This document shows, in pieces, positions 28,384 through 38,429 of a stretch of DNA of 64,000 bases. The notes under the pieces were generated by a model. The model was not told the origin of the DNA and made no database searches. It was given only the letters and a program-made list of their open reading frames with translations. Positions within the stretch are counted from its first letter, which is position 1. Each line of letters starts with the position of its first letter. Position numbers and translations under genes: made by a program. This DNA is from an uncultured delta proteobacterium (GTDB lineage: Bacteria > Bdellovibrionota > FAC87 > UBA2466), in contig CAVZSV010000004.1 in NCBI GenBank assembly GCA_963778115.1, positions 2,400,001 through 2,464,000 on the forward strand. Direction: 5' to 3'.

Positions 28384-28925
28384 TGCCGCTCGAGCCACTG
28401 GACAATTGGAATCAGACGCTAAAGCAGATCGAAGCGACAGATCAGGCCGACTGGGGAGGCAAAATAGCGCAGTGGCTATTCGAACGAAGTACGGGGAAGT
28501 TGCAACTGATGCCGGTGGTGGGTCCGGTGAGTTTTACTTTCCAAAAAGCAATTTTCGAAGCGCGTCTTCGAGAACTTCGTCCTGCCCAGAAAGCGATGGA
28601 GGCCGCTATTAAATGGAGTGATGCCTGGGAAGCGGCCATTAACGCTTCTACCATGGTGGTCGCACCGGGGGCATTTCTGGGAGCTCCCACGCCGGCGACG
28701 ATGTGGTCCGTTGCCACGGCGGTTATTGATGCCGGTTCCGTCCAAGCCGGGAAAAAGCTTCTCGTTCAAAAATTATCTCAGGCCAAATTAGTAAATAAAA
28801 CCGAAGAGAATCAGTTCGCGGAAGCCTTTCGAATGGCCTTTCTTGCCGTAACCGCCACGGTCACCGGCGTTTCCATGACCTTTCCACCCCTTCCGCTCGT
28901 TGGCCCTTTTCTTCCTGCGGCCTAA
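28383..28925 (+). CDS. Hypothetical protein coupled to the spike gene
   Basis: TGATG overlap with the spike gene; Ala/Pro-rich 180 aa. Confidence 0.65.
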   Translation: MPLEPLDNWNQTLKQIEATDQADWGGKIAQWLFERSTGKLQLMPVVGPVSFTFQKAIFEARLRELRPAQKAMEAAIKWSDAWEAAINASTMVVAPGAFLGAPTPATMWSVATAVIDAGSVQAGKKLLVQKLSQAKLVNKTEENQFAEAFRMAFLAVTATVTGVSMTFPPLPLVGPFLPAA

Positions 28926-29206
28926 GATTTATTGCAACCGTTAGCCACTAAAGTACCAAAAAGATAAGGCAGCATAAAACTTTGGAGACGAATGGACTGG
29001 AATGCGATTGTGGAACAGCTCACATTATTGGAGCGAGCTCGGAGACTAATTTTCTGGAGAGGATTAAGTCCGTGAAATAAAGGGCGAGTGTGCCGATCAC
29101 TGCGGGGCTCGAAAAAAAATGGCTGTCATTGTGATGATCAGAAGCGAAGCGACTCGGCGAAGCATTCTCGTAGCAAGAGTACCCCGTCTTTAGGCTATAA
29201 TATGTC

Positions 29207-30019
29207 ATGGGATCCAAGCTTACTAAGGCCTCTCTCGTTTTGGTGTTCCTTACGATCCTGCTGCCCACCTCGTCTCCCGCCTTCTTTTTCCGGAGACGAA
29301 TACCCGCTTGGTACTGGTTCCCGTATTATCGTTCCTCGACATCCAGACACCAGTCCAGCACGTTTCGGCCGTCCTTCGGCCGTTCTCGCCAGTTTCCCTT
29401 GGGAAGTATTTGGGGGCCGGTTCCCTCGACGACGGCGCAACCTTCTCTTTTCAATTCCCAACCCGACCACGCGGGGTCACGGCAAGACGCCAGTGTGGGA
29501 AGACCGGTGGATCTTTCCGCTAGGCCTGCCACAGGAATTTCCCCCGGGGCGCGTTCTAAGCCGAGTTTCTATCATAATCTCAACTTTCCTTCCCCCAATG
29601 GCTTTTTCTACGCGCACTTGGGAACCTGTGCGGGGCCCCAAGTCACCACACTTCAGCCTCAAAAGCCTGACGAAATTGAGCCCGGTACCATTCACATTCG
29701 GGTTAAGCGATCTGCCGACATGCAGGCCTTTATTCGAGGCGCTTTTCGCCTGGGAGCTAAATCGGTAGAATTTAATACCGTGAGTCCCTGCCAACGAGAG
29801 TTCGCCGGAAACCCGGGCCTTGCCGATATCGAAATTGAAACGATCGTGACCGTTGCGCCCGGAGATGAGATCCGGTTCGCGGGCCAATGTGGAATCCAGC
29901 TCAGGGCCTTTCCGTCAGACGCGGACGTCCCCACCTGTTATTTGGTAAGCCCCAGCATGAATACCGATATGCGCCGGGCCTGGTCAGAACACCCGGACAC
30001 CTACCGAAAAGTTCCTTAG
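29207..30019 (+). CDS. Secreted hypothetical protein
   Basis: Signal-peptide-like N-terminus, low-complexity linker, globular C-terminus. Confidence 0.5.
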   Translation: MGSKLTKASLVLVFLTILLPTSSPAFFFRRRIPAWYWFPYYRSSTSRHQSSTFRPSFGRSRQFPLGSIWGPVPSTTAQPSLFNSQPDHAGSRQDASVGRPVDLSARPATGISPGARSKPSFYHNLNFPSPNGFFYAHLGTCAGPQVTTLQPQKPDEIEPGTIHIRVKRSADMQAFIRGAFRLGAKSVEFNTVSPCQREFAGNPGLADIEIETIVTVAPGDEIRFAGQCGIQLRAFPSDADVPTCYLVSPSMNTDMRRAWSEHPDTYRKVP

Positions 30020-30366
30020 CTCTTGCAGCTCGTTAAGGACTGAGTAAAGCAATCGTTACTCGACATCGTGGTACTTTGAGAGCAATAGGCCGCCGTCTGA
30101 GTGACGCACGAGGAATATCCCGTGAGCGCCCCTTTGCACGCTGAACTGGCGTAGGTGAAGCAGGCATTTGAGGAATTGGTGGTGCCGGTATTGCAGTAGC
30201 TCGCAATATCCTTAATGCAGTTGGGATCGGTGGGAACCACCCCCGACGTCGTACAACTATAAACGGTGCCGTCGATATTTACTGAGACCTGTTGTGGTGT
30301 CTCGGCCATTGCAGAAAACGTGGTTAATAGACTCAATCCCAAGACGAATAGACTGATTTTCATCAT
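30016..30366 (-). CDS. Small secreted Cys-rich protein with two 4-Cys repeats
   Basis: GGAGG RBS, signal peptide MMKISLF...AMA, repeat Cx7Cx10CFx6CK twice. Confidence 0.75.
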   Translation of the reverse strand: MMKISLFVLGLSLLTTFSAMAETPQQVSVNIDGTVYSCTTSGVVPTDPNCIKDIASYCNTGTTNSSNACFTYASSACKGALTGYSSCVTQTAAYCSQSTTMSSNDCFTQSLTSCKS

Positions 30367-30494
30367 TGATTCCCCCCACCTCCTTTTTTTCATTTTTGGC
30401 GGGGACGTCAATAAAATCGTTTGACGTGGTGCGACTAAGATAAAGCCAGAGAAGACTCGCTTTTTTTCTGAAACGTTCAAATACCTAAGATCAG

Positions 30495-32063
30495 GTGCTT
30501 AGTGGTGACCATAGTGAAGTTCTTGTATTCGTTAAGCAGTGGAGTCAAAATCTCTATGACGCCAATTCGTACAATCGAAAACCCAAACCAAGAGAGACTT
30601 CATTGAAACGGCCACAATCCTCTTTCGTTATGACGGAGAGCGACAGATTTTTTTCTCTCCTCCCGGTGGTTTCAGTCGTTTTTCTGGTCTTTTTTGAGGT
30701 CCCGTTGGCCTTCAACGTGCGATCGATTCTAGACGACACCTGCTATTTGGGCTGGCTCCATCGCTTTCTTCTGATGCCGGAAAACGCTTGTCCTCATCCC
30801 TACCACCTTCCCGGCATTGCGGTGCTTTGGATACCGGCCGGAATAGCGGGAAGGCTAAGTGCATTGTTAACAAAAACCGATTCGTTCCATTTCATTTCGA
30901 TGTTCATCGGACTCACGTCCTTTGCTTGTTGGGCCGGCTCCTTATTTTTGGTGGAAAAGATCGGACTAAATCTCGTCTCCGATAAAGAGCAACGCCTTAG
31001 CCCTTTTCTCGTCGTCATGTTTCTGCTTTCGGTCCCGGTCCTTCACTACGCGACAGCCCGAAGTACCATGGCTCATGCCGGCGAAATCCTTCTCGCTCTA
31101 GCTACCGTCTACTTCGCTTCCGAAGACAAATTTACTCTTAGTCTGGTGTCAGCCCTTTGGTTGTGCGCGACACGAGTCAACGATGCGCCTATATTGCTTG
31201 TGGTATTGGGCCGATTCTTGGACAGGCATCCGGTTCGGCTTCGCGAAATGACGCCCCCTCAGAAACGCTGGATAGCCGGGGCCTTAGTCGTTTGTGGGTT
31301 GGCGGCCATCCCCGTCATAGACTTAGCCTTCATCCACCAATACGGGGGACCGACAGCGATGCCCCTTTTGGGAATATTGAAATCGGTATCGTGGTTTGAA
31401 ATGAAGCGAGTGCTTTGGGGAGATTATTGGGGCCTCTTTTTTACCGGCCCCTTTTGGCTTCTCTGTCTGGGCGCCGGAGTGGTCCTTCTAAAGCGTCTTT
31501 CCTGGATGGCGCGAGCTTCTTTGGTATGGATGGTCTTACTCCTGCTGGTAGCGGTCGGATGGGAAGGGATGGGAAATTCGTTTGGCTATCGTTACTTGAT
31601 AGGAACTTACGCTGGTTGTCTTGTGATTTGGTTAGAGCTTCTTCCCATCTTGGGTGCCAAAGCTCGGGCACTATTCAAATCTGCACTGGTGCTCGAAGCG
31701 CTCTGGTTAACTCATCTGACCTGGGTTTACGATCACTTCTCTAATTACTGGGAGATAGCGACTCATTGGAAAGGCATGCATTCCGTTAAAGACCTGATCT
31801 ATCCCGTGACTCGATTCGGCCTGTCACCACTAGGAATTTTAGCGAAGTCTCTTTTATATCCCGCTTCGCGAACCGAAAAGTTTACCGGCCCTTTCGAATC
31901 TCACTTGGGAAGGACGGCTCTTTGGGTTAATGCAATTTTGGTAATAGGAATGTTGGGAGTCGCGGTTTACTCGATTCAGCGGCTAAGAGGCTTCAACAAG
32001 GCTGTCGGTGCGAGGAACAGGAGCGAAGCGACTCGACGAAGCAATCTCCATGCAGAAGGATGA
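30495..32063 (+). CDS. Multi-pass membrane protein, GT-C-like (true start probably further downstream)
   Basis: DDTCY after TM1, GLFF..P, SFGYRYL. Confidence 0.55.
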   Translation: MLSGDHSEVLVFVKQWSQNLYDANSYNRKPKPRETSLKRPQSSFVMTESDRFFSLLPVVSVVFLVFFEVPLAFNVRSILDDTCYLGWLHRFLLMPENACPHPYHLPGIAVLWIPAGIAGRLSALLTKTDSFHFISMFIGLTSFACWAGSLFLVEKIGLNLVSDKEQRLSPFLVVMFLLSVPVLHYATARSTMAHAGEILLALATVYFASEDKFTLSLVSALWLCATRVNDAPILLVVLGRFLDRHPVRLREMTPPQKRWIAGALVVCGLAAIPVIDLAFIHQYGGPTAMPLLGILKSVSWFEMKRVLWGDYWGLFFTGPFWLLCLGAGVVLLKRLSWMARASLVWMVLLLLVAVGWEGMGNSFGYRYLIGTYAGCLVIWLELLPILGAKARALFKSALVLEALWLTHLTWVYDHFSNYWEIATHWKGMHSVKDLIYPVTRFGLSPLGILAKSLLYPASRTEKFTGPFESHLGRTALWVNAILVIGMLGVAVYSIQRLRGFNKAVGARNRSEATRRSNLHAEG

Positions 32064-32070
32064 GTGTCAT

Positions 32071-33921
32071 TCATTCCTCCTTCCCACTCTCTCCAAACTG
32101 CTCCCTCACATTCTCCGCCACCGTCTTCGAAAACCCCGCTTTCACCAGTTCCTCGTAGGACGCAGCACGTATCGCCTCCAAGCTTCCAAACGCCATGAGC
32201 AACTTCTTACGTGTCGCTTCACCAACGCCGTTAATCTCAACCAACGCCGACTCTTGAAGCGTTCCCTTGTCCCTTCGATTGCGGTGGCTCTTAATGGCAA
32301 AGCGATGCGATTCATCACGCACCTGTTGCAAAAGCCTAAGTGCGGGATGCCCCTCTTTAAGGATGATGGGATTTTTACGGAAAGGGACAAAGATCCGCTC
32401 TTCCGATTTCTCCACGGCTTTCCTGGTGAATCCACTTTCGGTACGTGATTTGGCAAGCGAGCAAAGCGGTATCTCTACTTTCAATTCCTCAAGAGCTCGC
32501 ATCGCCGATTGCAGCTGACCTTTTCCTCCGTCAATGAGCAGCAGATCCGGCGGCGGGGGGTCTGGTTTACTGAAACGTCGAGTGACCGTCTCATAGATCA
32601 TCGCAAAATCATCTTGTCCCTCAACGGTTTTGGGATAGTAAAGGCGGTAGCGCGCTTTCAGTGGTTTTTCGTCGGCAAAGTGGACCAGCGAAACTGCCGG
32701 ACGAGTGCCCTGGAGATTGGAGACGTCAATTCCTTCAATGCTGTGGGGAACATCTTTGAGATCCAAAATTTTCTGCAATTGAACCGAAGCCGACTCCCCC
32801 GTTTTTAAATTAGATTCTTGAAAGAGCAGTTTCGCGTTCTGCTGCGCCATCCCTAGTAAGCGCATTCCTTTTTCGTTTCGTCTCACTCGGATACGTACGG
32901 GTTTTTTCGCTCGGTCGACCAAGAATTTCTCCAGAGTGGCTCGATCGGGAAAATCTTCACTTATCCAAATTTCGTCGGGGATGAGCGATACGGTATAGAA
33001 CTGCTCAAGAAACGTCCGTGTAGCGTCTTCGATACTGCCGAGGGCAAGGCTCATTCTTTGGGATCGTCTGCCGGTAAGAAATCCCGAACGAATAAACAGA
33101 ACCACCCATTGAACGTCTCCATCCTGCTCATGACGGCCCACGACATCGATATCGAAAAGGGCATCCGAGAGTACGGCGTCCTGCTTTTCGGTAATCTTTT
33201 CGACGGCAGAGATCTTATCTCTTAAGGTCCGGGCCCTTTCATACTCCATAAGGTCCGAAGCTTTCTTCATGTCTTGTTTCAGCGTACGCAGAAGAAGCTG
33301 CTTTTTCCCCCGTAAAAAAAGCGACGCATCCCGAATCTGTTTCGAGTAATCACTTTGCGAGACCAGATCCACGCAAGGAGCGGTACAGGTCCCAATCTCA
33401 TAATTCAGACAAGGACGGGTACGGTTCTTAAATTTCTGATCGGAACAGTCACGAATTTGAAACGTCTTGAGTAAAAAACGGCCAATCTCGTTTACGCCAG
33501 CGCTAAACGGGCCAAAATATTTTAGCTTCGGCGAGGGGATAACCTTACGAGTGATGCGAAATTGAGGGAAAGGATGGGTAAAGTCGAGTACGACATAGGG
33601 ATAATTCTTGTCGTCCTTAAGACGGACGTTGTAGCGCGGACGGTGCTTCTTAATGAGGTTGCACTCTAGTAGGAGTGCTTCAAGCTCCGTGTTGGTCACG
33701 GTGAACTCGATATCGGCTATCTTTCCGACTAAAAGGCGGGTTCTTCCTGGAAGCGAATCGATCTTTTGAAAGTAAGACTTCACCCGGTTGCGCAGGTGTT
33801 TGGCCTTTCCGACATACAAAATGCGACCGTAGGCGTCCTTCATTAGATAGACGCCGGGATCCTTCGGAAATTCCTTCGCGCGGACTAACAGCTGTGTCTG
33901 TAAAGGGGACGAGGGGGCCAT
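32071..33921 (-). CDS. uvrC: Excinuclease ABC subunit C
   Basis: PGVY, YVGKAK.LR.RV.SYF, IDGGKGQL, RDESHRFA, HhH. Confidence 0.98.
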   Translation of the reverse strand: MAPSSPLQTQLLVRAKEFPKDPGVYLMKDAYGRILYVGKAKHLRNRVKSYFQKIDSLPGRTRLLVGKIADIEFTVTNTELEALLLECNLIKKHRPRYNVRLKDDKNYPYVVLDFTHPFPQFRITRKVIPSPKLKYFGPFSAGVNEIGRFLLKTFQIRDCSDQKFKNRTRPCLNYEIGTCTAPCVDLVSQSDYSKQIRDASLFLRGKKQLLLRTLKQDMKKASDLMEYERARTLRDKISAVEKITEKQDAVLSDALFDIDVVGRHEQDGDVQWVVLFIRSGFLTGRRSQRMSLALGSIEDATRTFLEQFYTVSLIPDEIWISEDFPDRATLEKFLVDRAKKPVRIRVRRNEKGMRLLGMAQQNAKLLFQESNLKTGESASVQLQKILDLKDVPHSIEGIDVSNLQGTRPAVSLVHFADEKPLKARYRLYYPKTVEGQDDFAMIYETVTRRFSKPDPPPPDLLLIDGGKGQLQSAMRALEELKVEIPLCSLAKSRTESGFTRKAVEKSEERIFVPFRKNPIILKEGHPALRLLQQVRDESHRFAIKSHRNRRDKGTLQESALVEINGVGEATRKKLLMAFGSLEAIRAASYEELVKAGFSKTVAENVREQFGESGKEE

Positions 33922-33960
33922 AGTGACAAAAACCTCTGTTGAGACAATTATCTTAGAGCG

Positions 33961-34536
33961 ATGGCAACTAAACGCCTCTTTTTCGGAATTCGCCCTGACC
34001 CTGGGATATTACGGGAACTTGAGGCTCGCCAACAAGTGTTCCGCGAAAATGAGGTCATGAAAGCACTTGGCGAGGACTGCCGGTGGGTTCGCGCTCAAGA
34101 TTTCCACATTACCCTTCACTTTCTTGGTTTGATTGAAACTCGCCAAGAGTTAGAGATCCGAGAGGTTATCCGGCGTACTCGTTGGGGGGGAGCATGTGTC
34201 CAAAGGCTTGATCACGTAGCGGCGTTTCCTCAGAAAAGCCGGGCGACGGTGGCTGGGATCGGTGGGCTGAACGGTCCTTTGGAAGAGTTACATATGAAAA
34301 TGAAGCCGCTTCTAATGAATGCCGGCGTCATTTTAGAGAAAAGACGCTTCTATCCTCATGTCACGCTGGTCCGATTTCGATCGGCTCTCGACTGGGATGG
34401 ACGGCTCCCTGTGATTCCCCCTATAGATGTTAACGTTAAGACAGTGATTCTATTTCAAAGCCTGGCCGGTAAGGGGAAAGGTAGCACGGGCTCGCGTTAT
34501 GAAATTCTTGAGGAATTTCCCCTTGCTCCAGCTTAG
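33961..34536 (+). CDS. thpR: RNA 2',3'-cyclic phosphodiesterase (2H family)
   Basis: HITLHFLG and PHVTL motifs. Confidence 0.9.
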   Translation: MATKRLFFGIRPDPGILRELEARQQVFRENEVMKALGEDCRWVRAQDFHITLHFLGLIETRQELEIREVIRRTRWGGACVQRLDHVAAFPQKSRATVAGIGGLNGPLEELHMKMKPLLMNAGVILEKRRFYPHVTLVRFRSALDWDGRLPVIPPIDVNVKTVILFQSLAGKGKGSTGSRYEILEEFPLAPA

Positions 34537-34572
34537 GTGCCATGTTAACCATGCGAGCTAGTGTTTTAGTGA

Positions 34573-34670
34573 TTACACACGCCCCTTTGAATTCTCTGGT
34601 CTCTCACTGAATTCAGCCTAGCTGAAAATCAGATAAGGGCCCTAGGGGCGGCGGCGGATAAACCGGAGGA
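34573..34670 (+). promoter_or_regulatory. Putative rpsB (S2) autoregulatory leader
   Basis: Begins ACACACGCCCCT, which pairs with AGGGGCG downstream; lies immediately 5' of rpsB. Confidence 0.55.
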
Positions 34671-34673
34671 ACT

Positions 34674-35606
34674 ATGCCTGACATTTCCATGAAAAATATG
34701 CTTGAGGCCGGTGTGCATTTTGGCCACCAGACTCACCGTTGGAATCCCAAGATGAAGCCTTTCATCTTCGCGCCTCGCAACGGAATCTACATTATCGATC
34801 TTGAAAAGACCGTGCGTCATTCGAAGGATGCCTGCAATTTCGTCCGCAACATTGTGGCCGAAGGAGGCAAAGTTCTTTTCGTGGCCACCAAGAAGCAAGC
34901 GACCGTCGTGACCCGCGAAGCGGCACAGCGGTCCAATATGCCTAACGTCACTGAGCGATGGCTCGGAGGCACATTAACGAATTTTTCTACCATTCGTCGT
35001 GGAGTGGAGCGGCTCGAGGAGCTAGAGCGGTGGAAAGAAGATGGCACCTACGACGCGCTTCCCAAAAAAGAGACTGTCATGTTGGAGCGTAAGAGAAAGA
35101 AGTTGGACGCCAGTCTTGGCGGTATCCGACATCTGAAGGGATTACCGGCGGCGATGTTTGTCATTGATCCTGAGACCGAAAGGATCGCGGTCCGAGAGGC
35201 CAATCGTCTTGGAGTTCCCGTTGTGGCGTTGGTGGACACCAACTGCAATCCAGACCCCATCGATTACGTCATTCCGGGTAACGATGATGCGCTCAAATCG
35301 GTAACGCTCTTTGTGAACTTGATAGCCGACGCTTGTATCGAAGGCGCCCAAGTTTATGAGCAACGCATGCGCGGGGGAGCGTCCGCAGGACAAGCTGCCT
35401 CAAGCGGTGAAGCGGGTCAGCCCACAGAAGGGGCTCCGCAACCGGCTGTGGCCGCAGGTCCCGTGGTGGAGCGAGTGGTTCGCAAGAAACTAAAGATTCC
35501 GACCGAAATCGATTATCGCGAACCGGCTGATGGTGAAGAAGAACAGCCCGCGGTGGAAGGTGCCGGAGTTGAGCCCGAAGGAACCCCCGAAGGCGAGACC
35601 CCCTAA
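34674..35606 (+). CDS. rpsB: 30S ribosomal protein S2 with acidic C-terminal extension
   Basis: [25 protein letters not shown]. Confidence 0.98.
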   Translation: MPDISMKNMLEAGVHFGHQTHRWNPKMKPFIFAPRNGIYIIDLEKTVRHSKDACNFVRNIVAEGGKVLFVATKKQATVVTREAAQRSNMPNVTERWLGGTLTNFSTIRRGVERLEELERWKEDGTYDALPKKETVMLERKRKKLDASLGGIRHLKGLPAAMFVIDPETERIAVREANRLGVPVVALVDTNCNPDPIDYVIPGNDDALKSVTLFVNLIADACIEGAQVYEQRMRGGASAGQAASSGEAGQPTEGAPQPAVAAGPVVERVVRKKLKIPTEIDYREPADGEEEQPAVEGAGVEPEGTPEGETP

Positions 35607-35640
35607 TTCCAAAACTTTTGATTTTGAAGGAGAAGTCTCT

Positions 35641-36276
35641 GTGAGTGTGAGTACCGGTGGCGGAGCCAATCAAGTAAAAGAGTTAAGAGAGAGAACCGGG
35701 GCGGGATTCCTGGAGTGCAAGAAAGCGCTTGAGGAGACCAAGAACGATCTCGAAAAGGCGATTAATTATCTTCGTGAGAAGGGCCTAGCCGCCGCCCACA
35801 AAAAGCAGGGTCGTGTTGCCAAAGATGGCCGTGTTCACGCTTACATTCACGGCAACGGCAAAGTTGGCGTTCTCGTCGAAGTAAACTGCGAAACCGATTT
35901 CGTGGCAAAGACGGACGAGTTTCAATCTTTTGTTAATAATGTCGCCCTCCACATCGCGGCCGCGAATCCGCGATATCTCGTCAAAGACCAGGTTCCCGCT
36001 GAAGATGTCGATAAAGAGAAAGCCATTTTCCGCGTTCAGGCGGAGGAGTCGGGCAAAAAGGGACCTGTTATTGAAAAGATCGTGGAAGGTAAGATTGGTA
36101 AGTTCTACGAAGAGGTTTGTCTGCTCCATCAGAAATACGTCAAGGAGCCGGAAAAATCTATCGAGGACCTAGTGAAAGAGACCATTGCCAAGCTGGGAGA
36201 GAACATTGCGATTCGCCGCTTTGTGCGATTTCAGCTAGGTGAAGGCGTGAAGACCCTAACGGAAGAAGGGGCTTAA
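35641..36276 (+). CDS. tsf: Elongation factor Ts (short form)
   Basis: VKELRERTGAG, EVNCETDFVAK; GTG start after the GAAGGAG RBS. Confidence 0.97.
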   Translation: MSVSTGGGANQVKELRERTGAGFLECKKALEETKNDLEKAINYLREKGLAAAHKKQGRVAKDGRVHAYIHGNGKVGVLVEVNCETDFVAKTDEFQSFVNNVALHIAAANPRYLVKDQVPAEDVDKEKAIFRVQAEESGKKGPVIEKIVEGKIGKFYEEVCLLHQKYVKEPEKSIEDLVKETIAKLGENIAIRRFVRFQLGEGVKTLTEEGA

Positions 36277-36303
36277 AGCCCAGGGAAACACGCTTCAAGG
36301 ACC

Positions 36304-37038
36304 ATGAAGGTGACTGCACCAATTGCTCGATATAAACGCGTCCTTCTTAAACTAAGCGGTGAAGCTTTGGCCGGGGAAAAATCCTCTGGCATCGACACCG
36401 AGATCATCAAACGCATTGCCGGTGAAATCAAAGTAGTTCACGAGTTAGGCGTTGAGATTGCCATAGTCCTCGGTGGTGGCAATATTTTTCGTGGCATAGC
36501 TGGGACGGCCCAAGGCATGGAAAGAGCCTCCAGCGATTACATGGGAATGCTCGCCACGGTGATCAATAGTCTCGCCCTCCAAGACTGTCTGGAAAAAGTG
36601 GATGTCTTCACGCGGGTGATGTCGGCCATCGAGATGCATCAATTGTGCGAGGCGTATATTCGTCGTCGCGCAATGAGGCATCTTGAGAAAAAAAGAGTCG
36701 TCATATTTGCAGCAGGGACGGGCAATCCCTATTTCACGACGGACACGGCGGCAAGTCTCAGAGCGATGGAAGTAGGTTCCGAAATCATTCTGAAAGCGAC
36801 TCGTGTCGACGGAGTTTATAGTGCGGATCCTCTTATCGATCGCAATGCGACGATGTTCAAAAGTTTGACTTACCTTGACGTTTTGCAAAAGAATTTGAAG
36901 GTGATGGATTCTACGGCAATTTCACTTTGCATGGATCACAATCTTCCTATACTGGTTTTCAATTTAAACACGCCTGGAAATTTCAAACGCGTGATTTTAG
37001 GAGAACCGTTGGGCACGATCGTAAGGAGGGAAGGGTGA
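36304..37038 (+). CDS. pyrH: UMP kinase
   Basis: [25 protein letters not shown]. Confidence 0.98.
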   Translation: MKVTAPIARYKRVLLKLSGEALAGEKSSGIDTEIIKRIAGEIKVVHELGVEIAIVLGGGNIFRGIAGTAQGMERASSDYMGMLATVINSLALQDCLEKVDVFTRVMSAIEMHQLCEAYIRRRAMRHLEKKRVVIFAAGTGNPYFTTDTAASLRAMEVGSEIILKATRVDGVYSADPLIDRNATMFKSLTYLDVLQKNLKVMDSTAISLCMDHNLPILVFNLNTPGNFKRVILGEPLGTIVRREG

Positions 37039-37577
37039 GCGATCTGAATCAGACCAAGAAGCATATGGAGAAAGCTTTAGAGCATTTGAAGGTTGAATTT
37101 TCTCGTTTACGAGTTGGCCGTGCCACGACTTCGATGGTCGAGGGTGTCAAAGTCGAAGTGTACGGAAGTGCCATGACACTAAAAGAGGTGGCGGCTTTAG
37201 CGATTCCTGATGCGCGATCCATTACGATTACGCCGTGGGACCGTAGTGTCATCGCTGATATCGAAAAAGGAATCCTTGCTGCAAACCTCGGACTCACTCC
37301 GATTAACGACGGAAAGTTAATTCGAATCAATCTGCCTCCTTTGACCGAGGATCGTCGTAAAGACTTCGTCAAACAGATAAAGAAATTCGGCGAAGATGCC
37401 AAAGTAACGGTTCGCAACGTTCGCCGAGATGCCATGGACGGCTTTAAGGAGTTAAAAGACAAGTCTGAAGATGAAGTCCGCAGACTCCAAGACGAAATTC
37501 AGAAATCTACGGATCATTTCATCGAAGAGGTAGATCGCCTTGTGGAGGCGAAATCTAAAGAAGTGATGACCTTGTAG
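37035..37577 (+). CDS. frr: Ribosome recycling factor
   Basis: [25 protein letters not shown] overlap with pyrH. Confidence 0.97.
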   Translation: MSDLNQTKKHMEKALEHLKVEFSRLRVGRATTSMVEGVKVEVYGSAMTLKEVAALAIPDARSITITPWDRSVIADIEKGILAANLGLTPINDGKLIRINLPPLTEDRRKDFVKQIKKFGEDAKVTVRNVRRDAMDGFKELKDKSEDEVRRLQDEIQKSTDHFIEEVDRLVEAKSKEVMTL

Positions 37578-37583
37578 ATCGGA

Positions 37584-38429
37584 ATGAGTGCTTCTGACAC
37601 AAAGAACACCCCTGGATCCCCGATCACCGGATACCCACAACATGTCGCCATCATTATGGACGGGAATGGTCGTTGGGCGAAAAACCGTAAACTAGGCCGT
37701 TCATGGGGCCATCGTGCCGGGGCCAAAAGAGCCGATGAGATCGTCAACCGTGCCTGTAAACTTGGTATCCGCTATCTCACTCTCTACGCCTTTTCGACGG
37801 AAAATTGGAACCGGCCTTCGTTTGAAGTGAATACGTTGATGCGGCTGTTAGTGAGTCACTTAAGAACGATGGATAAGAAGTTATTGCGTAACCGCGTTAG
37901 GCTAGTGACTCAGGGACAAACCGATAGGTTACCTAAATTCGTGCAAACGGAACTAAAGCGAGTGATCAAACTTACCCAATTTCCTGATCCCGCACTCACG
38001 CTTAACCTTGCTCTTTCTTACGGAGGAAGACAGGAAATCATTGATTCCGCCAAAGCGATAGCCAGAAAGGTCGCTTCGGGAGAGATGTCGGCAAATGCGA
38101 TTGAGCAGATAGACGAGTCGGTCTTTAAGGCGCATCTGTACCGGCCCGAGTTCCCCGATCCCGATGTTCTTATTCGAACCGGAGGCGAACTGAGGGTAAG
38201 CAATTTCCTTCTGTGGGAGATCGCTTACACGGAAATTATTGTGGTGCAGAATTTGTGGCCCGATTTTACGGGAGATGTTTTTGAAGCCTCCTTGGCTCAG
38301 TTCGCCGGAAGAGAGCGTCGTTTTGGAAAAACTTCCGAGCAGATTGAACAAGAAAGTGGAAATCGCGTTCTTACTCCAAATGAGAAGATGTCGTCGACTT
38401 CATACGGGGTGAGGTCAAAAAATATATGA
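37584..38429 (+). CDS. uppS: Undecaprenyl diphosphate synthase
   Basis: HVAIIMDGNGRWA, FSTENWNR, RTGGE.R.SNFLLW. Confidence 0.97.
   Translation: MSASDTKNTPGSPITGYPQHVAIIMDGNGRWAKNRKLGRSWGHRAGAKRADEIVNRACKLGIRYLTLYAFSTENWNRPSFEVNTLMRLLVSHLRTMDKKLLRNRVRLVTQGQTDRLPKFVQTELKRVIKLTQFPDPALTLNLALSYGGRQEIIDSAKAIARKVASGEMSANAIEQIDESVFKAHLYRPEFPDPDVLIRTGGELRVSNFLLWEIAYTEIIVVQNLWPDFTGDVFEASLAQFAGRERRFGKTSEQIEQESGNRVLTPNEKMSSTSYGVRSKNI

Noticed and set aside
29088..29768. 226-aa alternative-frame ORF and the many antisense ORFs across housekeeping genes
   Set aside because: Shadow ORFs overlapping better-supported genes.
27658..30019. Prophage
   Set aside because: No integrase, capsid, terminase or tail genes; only the spike gene pair.
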